Shown: piece after piece, positions 12,901 to 24,900 of the stretch | How the letters are laid out: each line of letters opens with the position of its first letter | How positions within the stretch are numbered: position 1 is the stretch's first letter | Made by a program: the position numbers and the translations under genes | Assembly: GCA_051362555.1 (NCBI GenBank) | Contig: CM120641.1 | Span: 14,384,001-14,448,000, forward strand | Length of the DNA stretch: 64,000 nt | Direction of reading: 5' to 3' | Source: Lingula anatina | Lineage: Eukaryota > Animalia > Brachiopoda | Notes under the pieces: model-generated | Told to the model about the DNA's origin: nothing | The model's database searches: none | What the model saw: only the letters and a program-made list of their open reading frames with translations

Positions 12901-15900
12901 TTATTTGAGTTTTCATACTTGTATCCATATTCGCATGTAAAAACCAGATAATCACGATAGCGAAAATCCACAACACTGGTATTATAGTTATCATAGTTAT
13001 GGCGGCTATAGCCAGCGTGGAAAACACCATTCAACACTGAGTATCTGTAGACATAGCTTTTGTAACCTGGCTTAGGTAGCTCTGGACAAGGAATTGCTAG
13101 AATACAAGTGATTTATATTCTTTTCAAACAGTGTGATGTCTTGCAGTGATTATGGTAGCACACCTTTGACAAATGCACTTAAATAGGTAAGACACATTAA
13201 GTCCTAATTACTACATGTCAGTCTCAAGTTTAGTTGTTGAAATATTATTTAACACATTAAACAATATTCACTGGAAGCACATTTGTATTAAAATGAGTCT
13301 AAAATCACAGTAAGACATGTAGACAAGTGTTCTACGCAATTATGGTAAGCTATGATAATGGACTCACTATAGAATATCATTGGTCTGTCATACAGACTTT
13401 TATTTAATTAAAAAAAAACAATATATACATTTACTTACTAAAGTTTTAGTGAAAATAATCATTAACTTCAATTGGAATATATATATAATGTTTATGAATC
13501 AACTAATTTTGGTCTTGTTCCAAGAGCATTATCAGGCTGAATCCACACAGGGCATTGGGAATTGACGGGGGCGTCTCGATAGTCCGAAGGTTCATTGGTC
13601 CGAAGGTTCATTGGTCCGAAAAGTGGTAACATTTTCATCGATTTTTTAATCAAGGGTTCATTGGTCCGAAGGTTCTATAGTGAACATTCGGACCAATGAA
13701 CCTTCGGACTATTGAACCTTCGGACTATCGCTACGGCCCCGAATTGACCTGTAAATGATTCCCACTCAGGCTAGCAATCTATTGGCAGAATGCCCTGGTT
13801 ATAGAAGGGGAGGGGGTGCAGCTGGTATCCCTGGTTATTTTTCAAGGTGGGGTCCAGTTGACGGATGTACACGTAAATTGTTTCCTTGACTTTCTGCCTG
13901 ATCCATTATTGCTCTCCAACTAGAATATTGGTGTTTTTAACTGAGGCAATTATTTCTGCCACTGGGATAGTTTTTGATGTTATTGCAAAGTTGAGCTCTT
14001 TCACCAGGATCTATCCTTCATCGTCACTGATCTATTTCTTGCTTAGGTTGACAATCCATATACTTTCATCTTTATTGTCTGTGTGTCATTCTATTTCGTA
14101 TAAAAATATCGGTCAGTCTTAAATGAGATATGCTTGCGCATGCGTACTCAGTTAGCTTGTGACATGCGGCTGGGTAGTCAGCCTGAAAATAGATGCGATC
14201 TATTTCTATCAGAATTATAATCTAAAACAAACGTAGTTTGTTTGCTTAAGTTGGAAACATTTTTGCAACGGAGTTGCAATCTTTTATGCGGCATATATAT
14301 TGATCTGTAACGTAGTTACACATTGTAGGCTACGAATCATTTGTGTGCCAAACTTATTTTCAATATGGCGGCCGAAAGCACGTGTAGTGCTGTTTTACCG
14401 GGCCTTTCAAAACCCGCAATAGATACATGTAAGAATAGCGAGGACGTTAAAGCAAAGAAAGTAAAAACTAGAACAGGAAAGGGGAAACTAGACGACAAAG
14501 CAAAATCTAGTCATAACAGTGATGAATATTTAACTATAATGAAAAATATACAAGAAACTGTGCAGAGACAGGAAACGAACATTAATAGCGTCGTGGGACG
14601 CATAGATACTTTAGAGAAACAGTACCTGTATCACGATGAATATTGTGAGGAGAATTATGACTTTGATGAACAGTATGATGAAAGATTGGAGGATGAAACA
14701 TGCCCGGAGGCAGGTACTAGTAGCACAAACAGATTTGATGATATGACGAAGAGATATAAATTAATAGAGTATACAGACGTGGAAGTTGACAGTGTGTTGG
14801 CGAGTAGTGTCAATGATTTGTTCACCAATGGGATAGTAGATCATTCAAAGTATACAGAACTTACCAAAGATGAAAATAACTCACGGCCAAAAAACTGTGA
14901 AAGTTTGGTGATAGTCAAAACCAATAAAATGGTATGGAACATTATTCCTCAATATGCCAAAACAAATGATAAGAAGTTACAGGATGTTCAAATGTCAGTT
15001 GTAAAAGCAGCTACGTTGATGACTAAAGGAATAGACAAACTGGCTAAGTTAGAAACAGGAAATGATACGAGTGAAGGGCTTGGAAAACTCATTGATATGT
15101 TCAATGACAGTATTGCTTTGCTTGGTCATGCCAATACACAGATTAACTGTTTTAGAAAGGATTTGTTAAAACCAAACCTCAAGCCAGAGTACAAACCTTT
15201 GTGCAATCATAACATTCCGTGCACAACTTTTCTCTTTGGAGATGATATTACCAAATCTGCAAGGGAAGTGGAAGATTCTGCGAAAATGAGTTATAAAATG
15301 ATGCAGAGTAGAATGGGCTTGGATTATAGAAACCGCCCATACCAAAGGGGCCCATGATTCAGGGGACGCATGAGAGGAAGGTACAATCGTGGCCGAGGAA
15401 GTTCTTCCCAGAGGGGTGCACATGCAGATTCAAAAAACTTCTCATGGCAAAGCAGCCAGTGGGATCAGAACAGATACTAGAGGTGAGACATAAATTTCAA
15501 GCTGGTAGATTGCATTTGTTTGTAGATGAATGGAGAAAATTGACCAGTGACCCATATATCTTGGATATAGTACAAAATTGTCATATAAATGTTGATACCA
15601 ACATTGGATTTCAAAACTTAAATGATATGGTGAAATATAGGTTTAACACAGAAGAAACAATTATAATCAGGAAAGAAATTTCTAAACTACTTGATCTTGG
15701 TGTTATTAAGAAAGTTCAAAGTGTACCGGGGCAGTTTTTATCTCCTATTTTTGTACGCCCTAAAAAGAATGGAGAATACAGAATGATATTAAATCTTAAG
15801 AAGCTGAATCAACACATTCCCTATGAACATTTTAAAATGGACACTTTTGAAAAGGCATTGACCTTAGTGACAAAAGGATGCTTCCTAGCATCAATTGATA

Positions 15901-18900
15901 TAAAGCATGCATATTATAGTGTGAAAATAGCAGAAGAACAGCAAATTCTTTTTCGATTTGTTTGGGAAGGAAATATCTATCAATACACATGCCTTGCAAA
16001 TGGCGTTTCTGAAGGGCCCAAAATATTTACGAAATTATTAAAGCCTGTATATGCAAAATTGAGAAGTCTTGGCCATTCTAGTTCAGGATTTATTGATGAC
16101 AGTTTATTGTGTTCAGATAATTACCTTGAATGTGTTGAAAATATAAGATGCACAAAACATCTAATGGAAACACTTGGTTTTATAATCAATGCAGATAAGT
16201 CTGTCCTTATTCCCCAACAATCATTGTTGTTTTTGGGAAATATAATTGATTCTGAAAGTATGACGGTGACTTTACCTAAAGATAAAATGGATCACATTGT
16301 ACAGCAGTGTAAAATGCTTATCATTAAAACAGAAGCAAAAGTAAGACTAGTAGCTAAAGTGATTGGAATTATAGTTTCAACATTCTCAGCTGTTGAATAT
16401 GGTAAACTCCATTATAGAGAACTTGAAAAGCAGAAGATAAGTGCTTTAAAAAGCAACAATGGAAATTATGATGCTATGATGCACATTACAATTAGTATGA
16501 AGCAAGAATTACAATGGTGGATGGAAAATGTCCACTTGCAAAGAAGGAAAATTGACAAAGGAAATGTTGACATATTGTATACTGATGCATCCAAATTAGG
16601 CTGGGGTGCTCATTTGGAGGGTCAAAAAATTGGTGGTAGATGGTTTCCAGAAGAAGCTAACCTTCATATAAATGCTTTAGAGTTACTAGCAATATTATAT
16701 GCATTGCAGTCTTTTACATTTAGATTTGAAAATAAACATGTAAAGATCATGAGTGATAATATTACAGCATGTGACTATATTCAGAATATGGGTGGAATTA
16801 AATCTTATGATTGCAATAACATAGCAAAAAAGATTTGGCATTGGTGTATCGAGAAAAATGTTTGGCTCACCTGTGTCCATGTGCCAGGGAAAGATAATGT
16901 AGATGCTGATAATGCTTCTAGGAAGTTTAATGAACGTTTAGAATGGAAGTTGAATGAGAATGTATTTCAAAAGATATGTGAAAAATTTGGAAATCCATTT
17001 ATTGATCTTTTTGCCTCTAGATTAAATGCGCAAGTTGAAAGATATTGTTCATGGCAGGCAGACCCCTTTGCTTGGGGTATTAATGCATTTACTTATGATT
17101 GGGGAACACTGAATTATGTTTATCTGTTTCCACCTTTCAGTTTGCTGGGTCATTGTATCCAGAAGATTCGCAAAGACAAAGCCAGGGGTATTATAGTGGC
17201 TCCTGTATGGCCAACACAGATATGGTTTGCAAAGTTGATGGAATTACTTGTGGAAAACCCAATAGTCATTCAAAAGAAAAAAGGTCTGCTAACTTTACCA
17301 GGGAACAAGCTCCCAGTGGAACATCCTCTTATGGACAAGTTGAAACTCATTGTATGCAAAGTATCAGGGAACAGTTTAGAGAACGAGGCCTTTCTGAGCA
17401 ATCAACCCACATACTTATGTCATCTTGGCGTACAGGGACAAAGAAACAATACAACGTGTTCATTAAACGCTGGTTCAAATACTGTGGTGAAAGGAAAATT
17501 AATTCAATTTCACCACATGTGGAAGAGGTGATAGAATTTCTTACAAAACAGTTTAATGATGGCTTAGCTTATGACAGTTTAAATACAGCAAGAGGTGCTA
17601 TTTCATCAATGGGTATTCAAATTGATGGAGTTTCAGCAGGGAGTCATCCATTGGTGATAAGATATATGAAAGGCATTTATAATTTGAGGCCACCAAGACA
17701 ACGTTATGCTCAAATTTGGGATGTTAATAAAGTTCTGGTTTTCTTAAGGAAACTTTCACCAGTAAAGCACTTGACTTTGAAGGATCTGACTTTAAAACTT
17801 ACAATGCTCATGGCATTGACTTTAAAACTTACAATGCTCATGGCATTAATTAATGCCACACGTGTACAAACATTGCATTTAATTTCTGTTGTTGATATGA
17901 AAAAGTTGAGTTCAGAGTTTGTGTTTCAGTTATGTGGTTTACTGAAGCAAAGTAGACCAGGTTTTAATTCATCACATATTGTGTTTAAAGCTTACCCTCC
18001 AGATAGGAGGTTGTGTGTTTATACTGTTTTAAAAGAGTATATAGCTCGTACAAAGACATTGCGTAGGCATAATGTTGATAAAAATTTGCTTATAAGTTAT
18101 ATGAAACCTTATAAACCTGTTCAAAGAGATACGATTTCTAGATGGATCAAAGTTGTAATGACAAAATCGGGAATAGACACTACTTTATTTGGTGCTCACA
18201 GTGTGAGAGCTGCTGCTGTTTCAAAGGCAAAAATGAATTCTGTGCCAGTGACAGATATTTTGAACAAAGCTGGTTGGAGTACTGAAAAAACATTTGCAAA
18301 ATTCTATGAGAAACAAATCGAGGATAAAGCTACCACATTTGAATATGGAATTTTAAAAAGGAAGTAATGAGCATATTCATATACTAGTATATATACTGGC
18401 GTGTATAGGTTTACATGAGTATCTGTTGATGATTTGTTGAAACTGTTCTAAACGATATTTTAAGCTGAAATAAAGGCCATTGAATACTGGTTTATTGATG
18501 TTTGTCACATTTTACTTTAAAGTCTCATTTAAGACTGACCGATATTTTTATACGAAATAGAATTTAAAATTAAACGAGACTTACCTTGGTTAAGTCGATG
18601 TTTGATTGTAATTCTGTGAGTGTAAAAATGAGGGAGGGCTTAAATGCCACCCTCCCCACCCAGCTTACTCAGTAATATAATTCCAATGTAATCAGCTCAC
18701 AGATATATAAATATAAATATAAATATAAATAAAATGTTCTTTAAAAAAATGTGAAAACATCAAGCTTTAAAGGCTGAGTACGCATGCGCAAGCATATCTC
18801 ATTTAAGCCCTCCCTCATTTTTACACTCACAGAATTACAATCAAACATCGACTTAACCAAGGTAAGTCTCGTTTAATTTTAAATTTTCTCTGTTTGTTTG

Positions 18901-21900
18901 TTTGTTTGTTTGTTTGTTTGTTGACCAGCTTCTCAAATTTCTCCATCTATAACCAGGTCATCCTGCCAATTACTAATTGTTCACAGTTCTACAAATACCC
19001 AATGACCTAGCTGTGGGCATTCAGCCTGACCGTGCTCTTGAGATAAATCAGCTAAACCTATGTGCAGCTGTTTCGTAAACATTTTGTTTCAAAGCATGGA
19101 CATAATTGTGTCCATGTTCCAAAGTAAGTGGTTATTATCACTTAACCAAATCCTTGAAACCATTGACAATCTAATACAAAATCTAAAAAAAGTTTTATAT
19201 TATTATAGGTCAAACCTGTGCACACCATCTCTGCATCAAACTGAATTGTCCAACGACTATTACCCAAGCACGTTGCTGGTGAACTGTGGATAGATCCTGT
19301 GGAATTAAAGCCATCAGCACATATTAAATCTACAGTGCTTCTTACTGGATATTCGTATTGTGTTATGCTTGTGTTATACACATATCCATTTGGTGGTTGG
19401 TAGCATGGAATTTCTGGAATATAACATGCTGGGTTGATTGCCTTCAAAGTGTAATACTCTAAAATACTTTAAACTTTCAAGATATGTTTTGTACACAGTC
19501 TGTAGATTCCTAAACCTAGATTACATTTGGCATGTGATGTCAGCTGCCTCAAAATCTCTTTTCGTGCAGCATCTTAACTGACACAGATGGTGGCAGTGCA
19601 AGATCATATGGATTAACAGCCTCCATATGGCCTCTACCATTTGGTCAAGCTCCTAACCCCAAAGCCTGTAGCATTATTGTACATAACATTGCACAGCACA
19701 TAATGAAAATGTAATCACCATAGCCTCTAGCCACGTACAATGTCATAACAATCGAAAGGAAAATCGTATATGATTTCATCTTACAGCATCCATGGCAAAT
19801 GTAATTTAGGCTTTACTTAAGATGAATGTGATCTTTTAATGTTTGACCCTTTCTAAATACATCCAATTAATTTCACATGAACAGAACTTATGCATGTACT
19901 TTACATATATTATTAATGTCAAATGAATGCCATTTGATACTTACTGAAAAAAAGTTATTTGTTTTGATATTGCAAAATAGCTGTTTGTAGTGTCAAAGGA
20001 CATATAATAATCATTTGAAAGTTAACTTTCAATATATATTTCATATATATGAATCATACCTAATAAGTTGTATGTATTTTTAATGTCAAATATGTAAAAT
20101 TTTTTTCATTTATAATTTTCCTACTAATTATTCAAACTAATTCATTTTTTCTTACCAACACAACCATCTTGGATGATTGGTGACCATTCACCCTCTTCAC
20201 TGCAGGTTACTGTTTTCCTTTTTGTCCTTCTGTCAAACTGATGATTGGAAATACAACTGTACTCTAGAGTGCTGCCATACCAATATATTCCGCCCGTAGC
20301 ATTCAATGTCGTGTTTGCCAAATTAAGGGGAGGTGGACACTGCACACCTGTGTAGCAATGAGCAGATGGGTACATCAGATATACGAGTTGTGTGAAACAA
20401 GATACATTTTTCAGAAAACTTTTAATGTGTTGAGTTTTTAAATAGTAGCACAGTGTAGCAGTGATGGTAATTAAATAATGCATATACATACCTATTTCTT
20501 CAATAGTTTTAAGCCCATTATTGAATTTTTATGAAAGTACCTTCATACTTATTGTTTACAAATGCAAAATGATCCTTACGCAAGCAATCTTGAACGTGTC
20601 CCACCCAACTCCATCCTATTCCACACAGAATAGAAAAAGACTTATTTCCATTTTGAAGTCTGTAACCTTTGTGACAGGTATAATTTACTATTGACCACAA
20701 TGGTATTGGTTCCCTCATGCCAGGATCCGAGATATTGGTATAATTATATATTTCTGTCCTCATTGTAGAATTATATATTTCCTTTGTTGGAGAATTGGTA
20801 CTGTTCAAATTCAGGAAGTATGTAAAATTGTCAGTAATGTTGCAAATATCTGATGTCAAAAAGCTATTGTTTCTAAACAGCATTGAACTGTTCAACATGA
20901 AAATATTGGTAAAGTTGTGGCTGCCCGTATTAACAAGCTCGTCCAGTGTATGGTTGCTGTTTGAAACCAATGGGATATTTGTACAGCCTCCTTCTGAAAA
21001 TAAAATTGGATGTTATGACATGGCACTGACAGTTATTTTGGTCAACAGAATGATAAACATGTAGATTCTACACTATAGGAACAGTTGGTACTCACATTGG
21101 GGCTGTATTTAAGGGCTTTTTCCCAATGAGACTATATATGGGTCTATGTAGGTTGATCCAACTCTGTGGGGACACTCCTTGAATGCAATCAGATTAAGAG
21201 ATAAACATGCCTCCTGGCATTGAGTAGAATACAGGAAAGCTGGTGATAATGTGAGTACATTGGAAACAAGAGAAGGCATGTTTATCTTTGAATCTGATTG
21301 CATTCAGCATGAGTCCCGTAGATCGAGTTTGCTCAATCTATGTATACAGATAGTTTCATTGGGAATGACTCGAGCCCTTGGGTTAGACATATCTGTCACC
21401 AGATAATATTTCCATTAAACAAAAGGTGTTCACTCCTTAGGACAAGTATGTATTTGATACATATAAGTTTTGGAACTATTTTTAATGAATTGCCAAGTTA
21501 ATTACCTAGCTGCAATTCAGAACTCAAAACCCAGGTGAAATTTGCACATGTAAAGGTTTGAGTGCTAGGTGGCAGCATATACCAGTTGTTCATCGCTACA
21601 GTTGTACCAAGAGGGTATGGTCCAGTGTGTACAGCATTGCTAGGTAACACAACCTCACAGTCTTCTGGTGCCAGATTTGGGGGTAGTGGAAGAGGATCAC
21701 AAGTAGAAAATGAAACTGAAAACAAAAATGACAACTTATTTTTACACTAAAAAATTACTGATGGTATCTCAAAGTTCAGAGATTTTAAAAGTATCTTCAC
21801 TAATTTCCAGCATAACATCCTCCTAGAAGAATGGCAGTTATATTGACATAAAAGTCAGTGTTTACTACAAATAAATTACTATATGCCATGGCTATCTTCA

Positions 21901-24900
21901 GTTACAACATCTCTCCCTCTTTCTTTCCATCTGTGTCATGTTTGCTGTTGAAGCTTTGATAAAGATTTGTTAGTGAACCCTTTCTCTGTCTCTATTACGC
22001 AAACACACGCCAAACATGCTCAAGTACAGGGATACAGGCAGAGATTGAATTTTCATATTAATATAGCCTTAAAACACCCATCTGAACCTGCACTGAATCT
22101 TTCTTGCTTTCTCAACTTCTCTCAATGTCTTTTAAATATGCCTACATGCTGCCCTTCTTTGCATGCATGCATGCACAGTCCTGTAACATGTAGTTACCTG
22201 TTTTCTCACAGACAAATCTCTCCTTATGACTACACTTCCTATCAGCCCAGTAATGCCATCCACCATTGTTGTCACCAAGAGTCCGGTATGCAGCACATTG
22301 AGCATCCTCTCTATAGTCACAGGGGCAAATGTGGTCATAAATTAAGTCAGTCCCGTCTGCCCAGTGGTCAACATGCCCTGCTCCCCCCTTTCTTTCCAGT
22401 CCTATCCAGTATTCCTCATCACTCCTATTGTTTAAAGGGGAAAGTAGTTGCAGTGATTGGTGGAGTGAGTCAGCTGAGTTGCTCAGACTTTTTACCAAAA
22501 CATTAAAATACCATGATTATTGAAATCTGTATGCAATAAAGGTATGTTTTGTACATCATACATGTAATAACATTCACCATGGGTCAAAATTTATCAAACT
22601 TTATTCTGGAACTGACAATATTGCATAATCACTTACAGTATTGACACCATGGCATTTTGAAGTTCCTTTGTTTTTGGCATAGCTATGATTCCACCAATTC
22701 TATCACACTCCTGCACAGCCTTATCGTATGTCATCTTTAGGCTCCCAGAATGTCTATAACACCTGCTGACTGCTGGTATGTAAGTCCAACCACTATCACA
22801 AAGGGGCTGTGCTGGAGTTACAGTCATCTTAGCTTTAATATAAGAAACATATTGTCAATTTTGTACCAGATTTATTATTTTGTGTAATTGTTGCCCATGC
22901 TTGCAAATTGATAGATAAGATTGATGAACCTAAAAACTACAGAAAAGACTTAAAGAAATCACACCATTGGGAACCCTTTTTTTTTTTGTCTTGCTTCAGT
23001 GTTCAACGGGACTCCAGAACAAACTCAGTAAGCTTTGTTGTGACTTTGGAAACCGTGAACAACATTACATGTCCAAGATGGCCACAAATTTCTTTACAAA
23101 TTATTAATGAACTACTATATGATAAAATCTGTGTAACATCCTCTAGCGCTTTGATATGTAGATAATTATTTAACGATAAATAAGCCTTGGAGTGTTTATT
23201 TCAGTCTGACATGAATGGAAAATGACCTTACCTGCAGTGGTACCTAACATGTACCTACGCCTATAAAGAGCGGCATACCCGACCAACTGATCAAGTTAGA
23301 AAATTATATAGTTCTTATATAATTTATGTTGATGATGATTTAAGATGGAAAATGTTAATTTTTGACGCAATAAAATTTATGGAGTTAAAATTTATTTCAG
23401 GTCGATGTCAAAAATCTGCCATTTGGCCCATGCCAATAATAGAGTCTATTTATTTTCAGTACGTGGATAGCCATCGTAGACGAGATTCTCTAGGCACGAA
23501 ACTTATATATTTCTGAAGGCTACATCATCTCTATAGGATTATTATTTATGTAGACTTATGTAATTTATCTTCTGTTTCAGATATAGCGATCATTGTCAAG
23601 TTGGACCAATAAACGCTTAACGACAAATAGTACAGTGTACTTATTTATGATCGCTATCCCGTACCTGACAACATGCCGGCGGTCCAGTGCCCAATAGAAG
23701 GCTGTGACTACACCACAGATGACCTTGATGCCACTATCGTAGCAGCCCTACTCACCACACACAGCTCTGTTCATACCAACGCTCACGTTACTGCAGCCAA
23801 AGTGGAGAAAGTCAAGCGGCCCACAATATCAGCCTGCGGTACCAGCAAAGAGTGGTCATACTTTCAGTCCAGATGGACAGAATATGCTGATGCAACAAAG
23901 ATAGCTGGCAAAGACAGGGTTATCCAATTGCTGGAATGTTGTGATGACCCCTTGCGAAAAGACCTAACTAGGACAGCAGGTGGGAGCCTTGCAAACAAAT
24001 CTGTTGATGAGGTGATGGCCGCAATCAAAGCATTAGCTGTACGCACAGAGAACACAATGGTGGCTAGAGTGACACTACAGAACATGCGCCAAGACAGAGA
24101 TGAACCTGTCCACAACTATGGAGCCCGTCTAAAAGGCCAGGCAGGAGTATGCAACACTGCTGTAAGCTACATGGAGGAGATGACCCGTGATGTTCTAACC
24201 CGTGGATTAGCAGACTCTGAGATCCAAATAGACCTTTTAGGGGAAAAGAACCAGGACATGACATTGGAGGAAGTCCTCCAATTTGTGGAAGCAAAAGAAG
24301 CAGGGAAGCGCTTTGATCACGCTTACAAGAATCCCAAGCAGCTGAGGCCATCGGTAGCACTTACCGACGCAAGAAAAAAGAGACCCCCACCCCTGCTGAA
24401 AAACCACCCCAGGACCCCTGTGGCTACTGCGGAAAAACTGGCCATGGCAAGGCTGCTCCTCTACGTATTCGTAAGAGAGATTGCCCCGCCTTTGGGCACA
24501 AATGCCAGACTTGCACACGATACCACCACCTTGAAATAGTGTGCCGTAGCAAAGACAAACCCAAGCCGAGCCAGAAGACTACTTCCTGTCATGAGGCAAA
24601 TGACTGTGAAGGCGCAGTCTTTGAATCGCTCTGCTCTGTCACCATCACAACACAACATACGAAAGGCAGGGCCATTGCTTTAGATCATCATATCTATGAT
24701 CAATTGAATGACACGTGGGTGCAAAGAGCTTCCAAACCACAACCGTTCGTCAACCTTAGAATCACGGTCTGTGCAGATGATGACAGAGAGCTAGGCTTCA
24801 GCCTTCTATCCTCAGCCACACCAATAGAACATCCCTCAATGGCTGACACTGGTTGTCAGAGCTGCCTTGCTGGCATTAAGGTAATCCAACGTCTAGGCCT

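Larger units (their letters stand above)
14088..18885 (+). mobile_element. Full-length DIRS1-like tyrosine-recombinase retrotransposon, antisense in an intron of the lectin-sushi gene
   Basis: ITR core 14118-14151 / 18774-18807. The internal complementary region 18523-18646 is the reverse complement of the left and right ends, joined at AAT (18561-18563). ATT trinucleotide at both ends (14088-14090, 18883-18885). gag, RT-RH-MT and YR ORFs present. Confidence 0.96.
13521..19040. mobile_element. Old degenerate TIR element (CAAGAGCA...TGCTCTTG) that hosts the nested MITE and the DIRS insertion
   Basis: 13521-13559 caagagcattatcaggctgaatccacacagggcattggg is an imperfect inverted repeat of 18998-19040. 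No TSD recognised. Confidence 0.55.

Noticed and set aside
13575-13730. Short regularly repeated units resembling a CRISPR array
   Set aside because: There are no unique spacers; the repeats are inverted between the ends and bounded by a TSD, so this is a MITE in a eukaryotic intron.
15354-18367. RT + methyltransferase + phage-type integrase read as a bacterial retron or prophage system
   Set aside because: Fully explained by DIRS architecture (gag, ITRs, ICR) within an animal intron.
21096-21392. 297-nt exon-like segment on the minus strand with AG/GT boundaries and several cysteines
   Set aside because: It has two in-frame stops and would create TAA at the junction with the next exon; at best a dead exon.
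23232-23260. 29-nt micro-exon candidate of the lectin-sushi gene
   Set aside because: It is out of phase with the signal-peptide exon and gives an immediate stop; direct splicing from 30615 to 22832 is in frame.
24537-24539. TAG ending the first Gypsy ORF as a programmed gag stop or readthrough site
   Set aside because: The zinc knuckles are already in the pol frame upstream; the break is a frameshift lesion near 24313.
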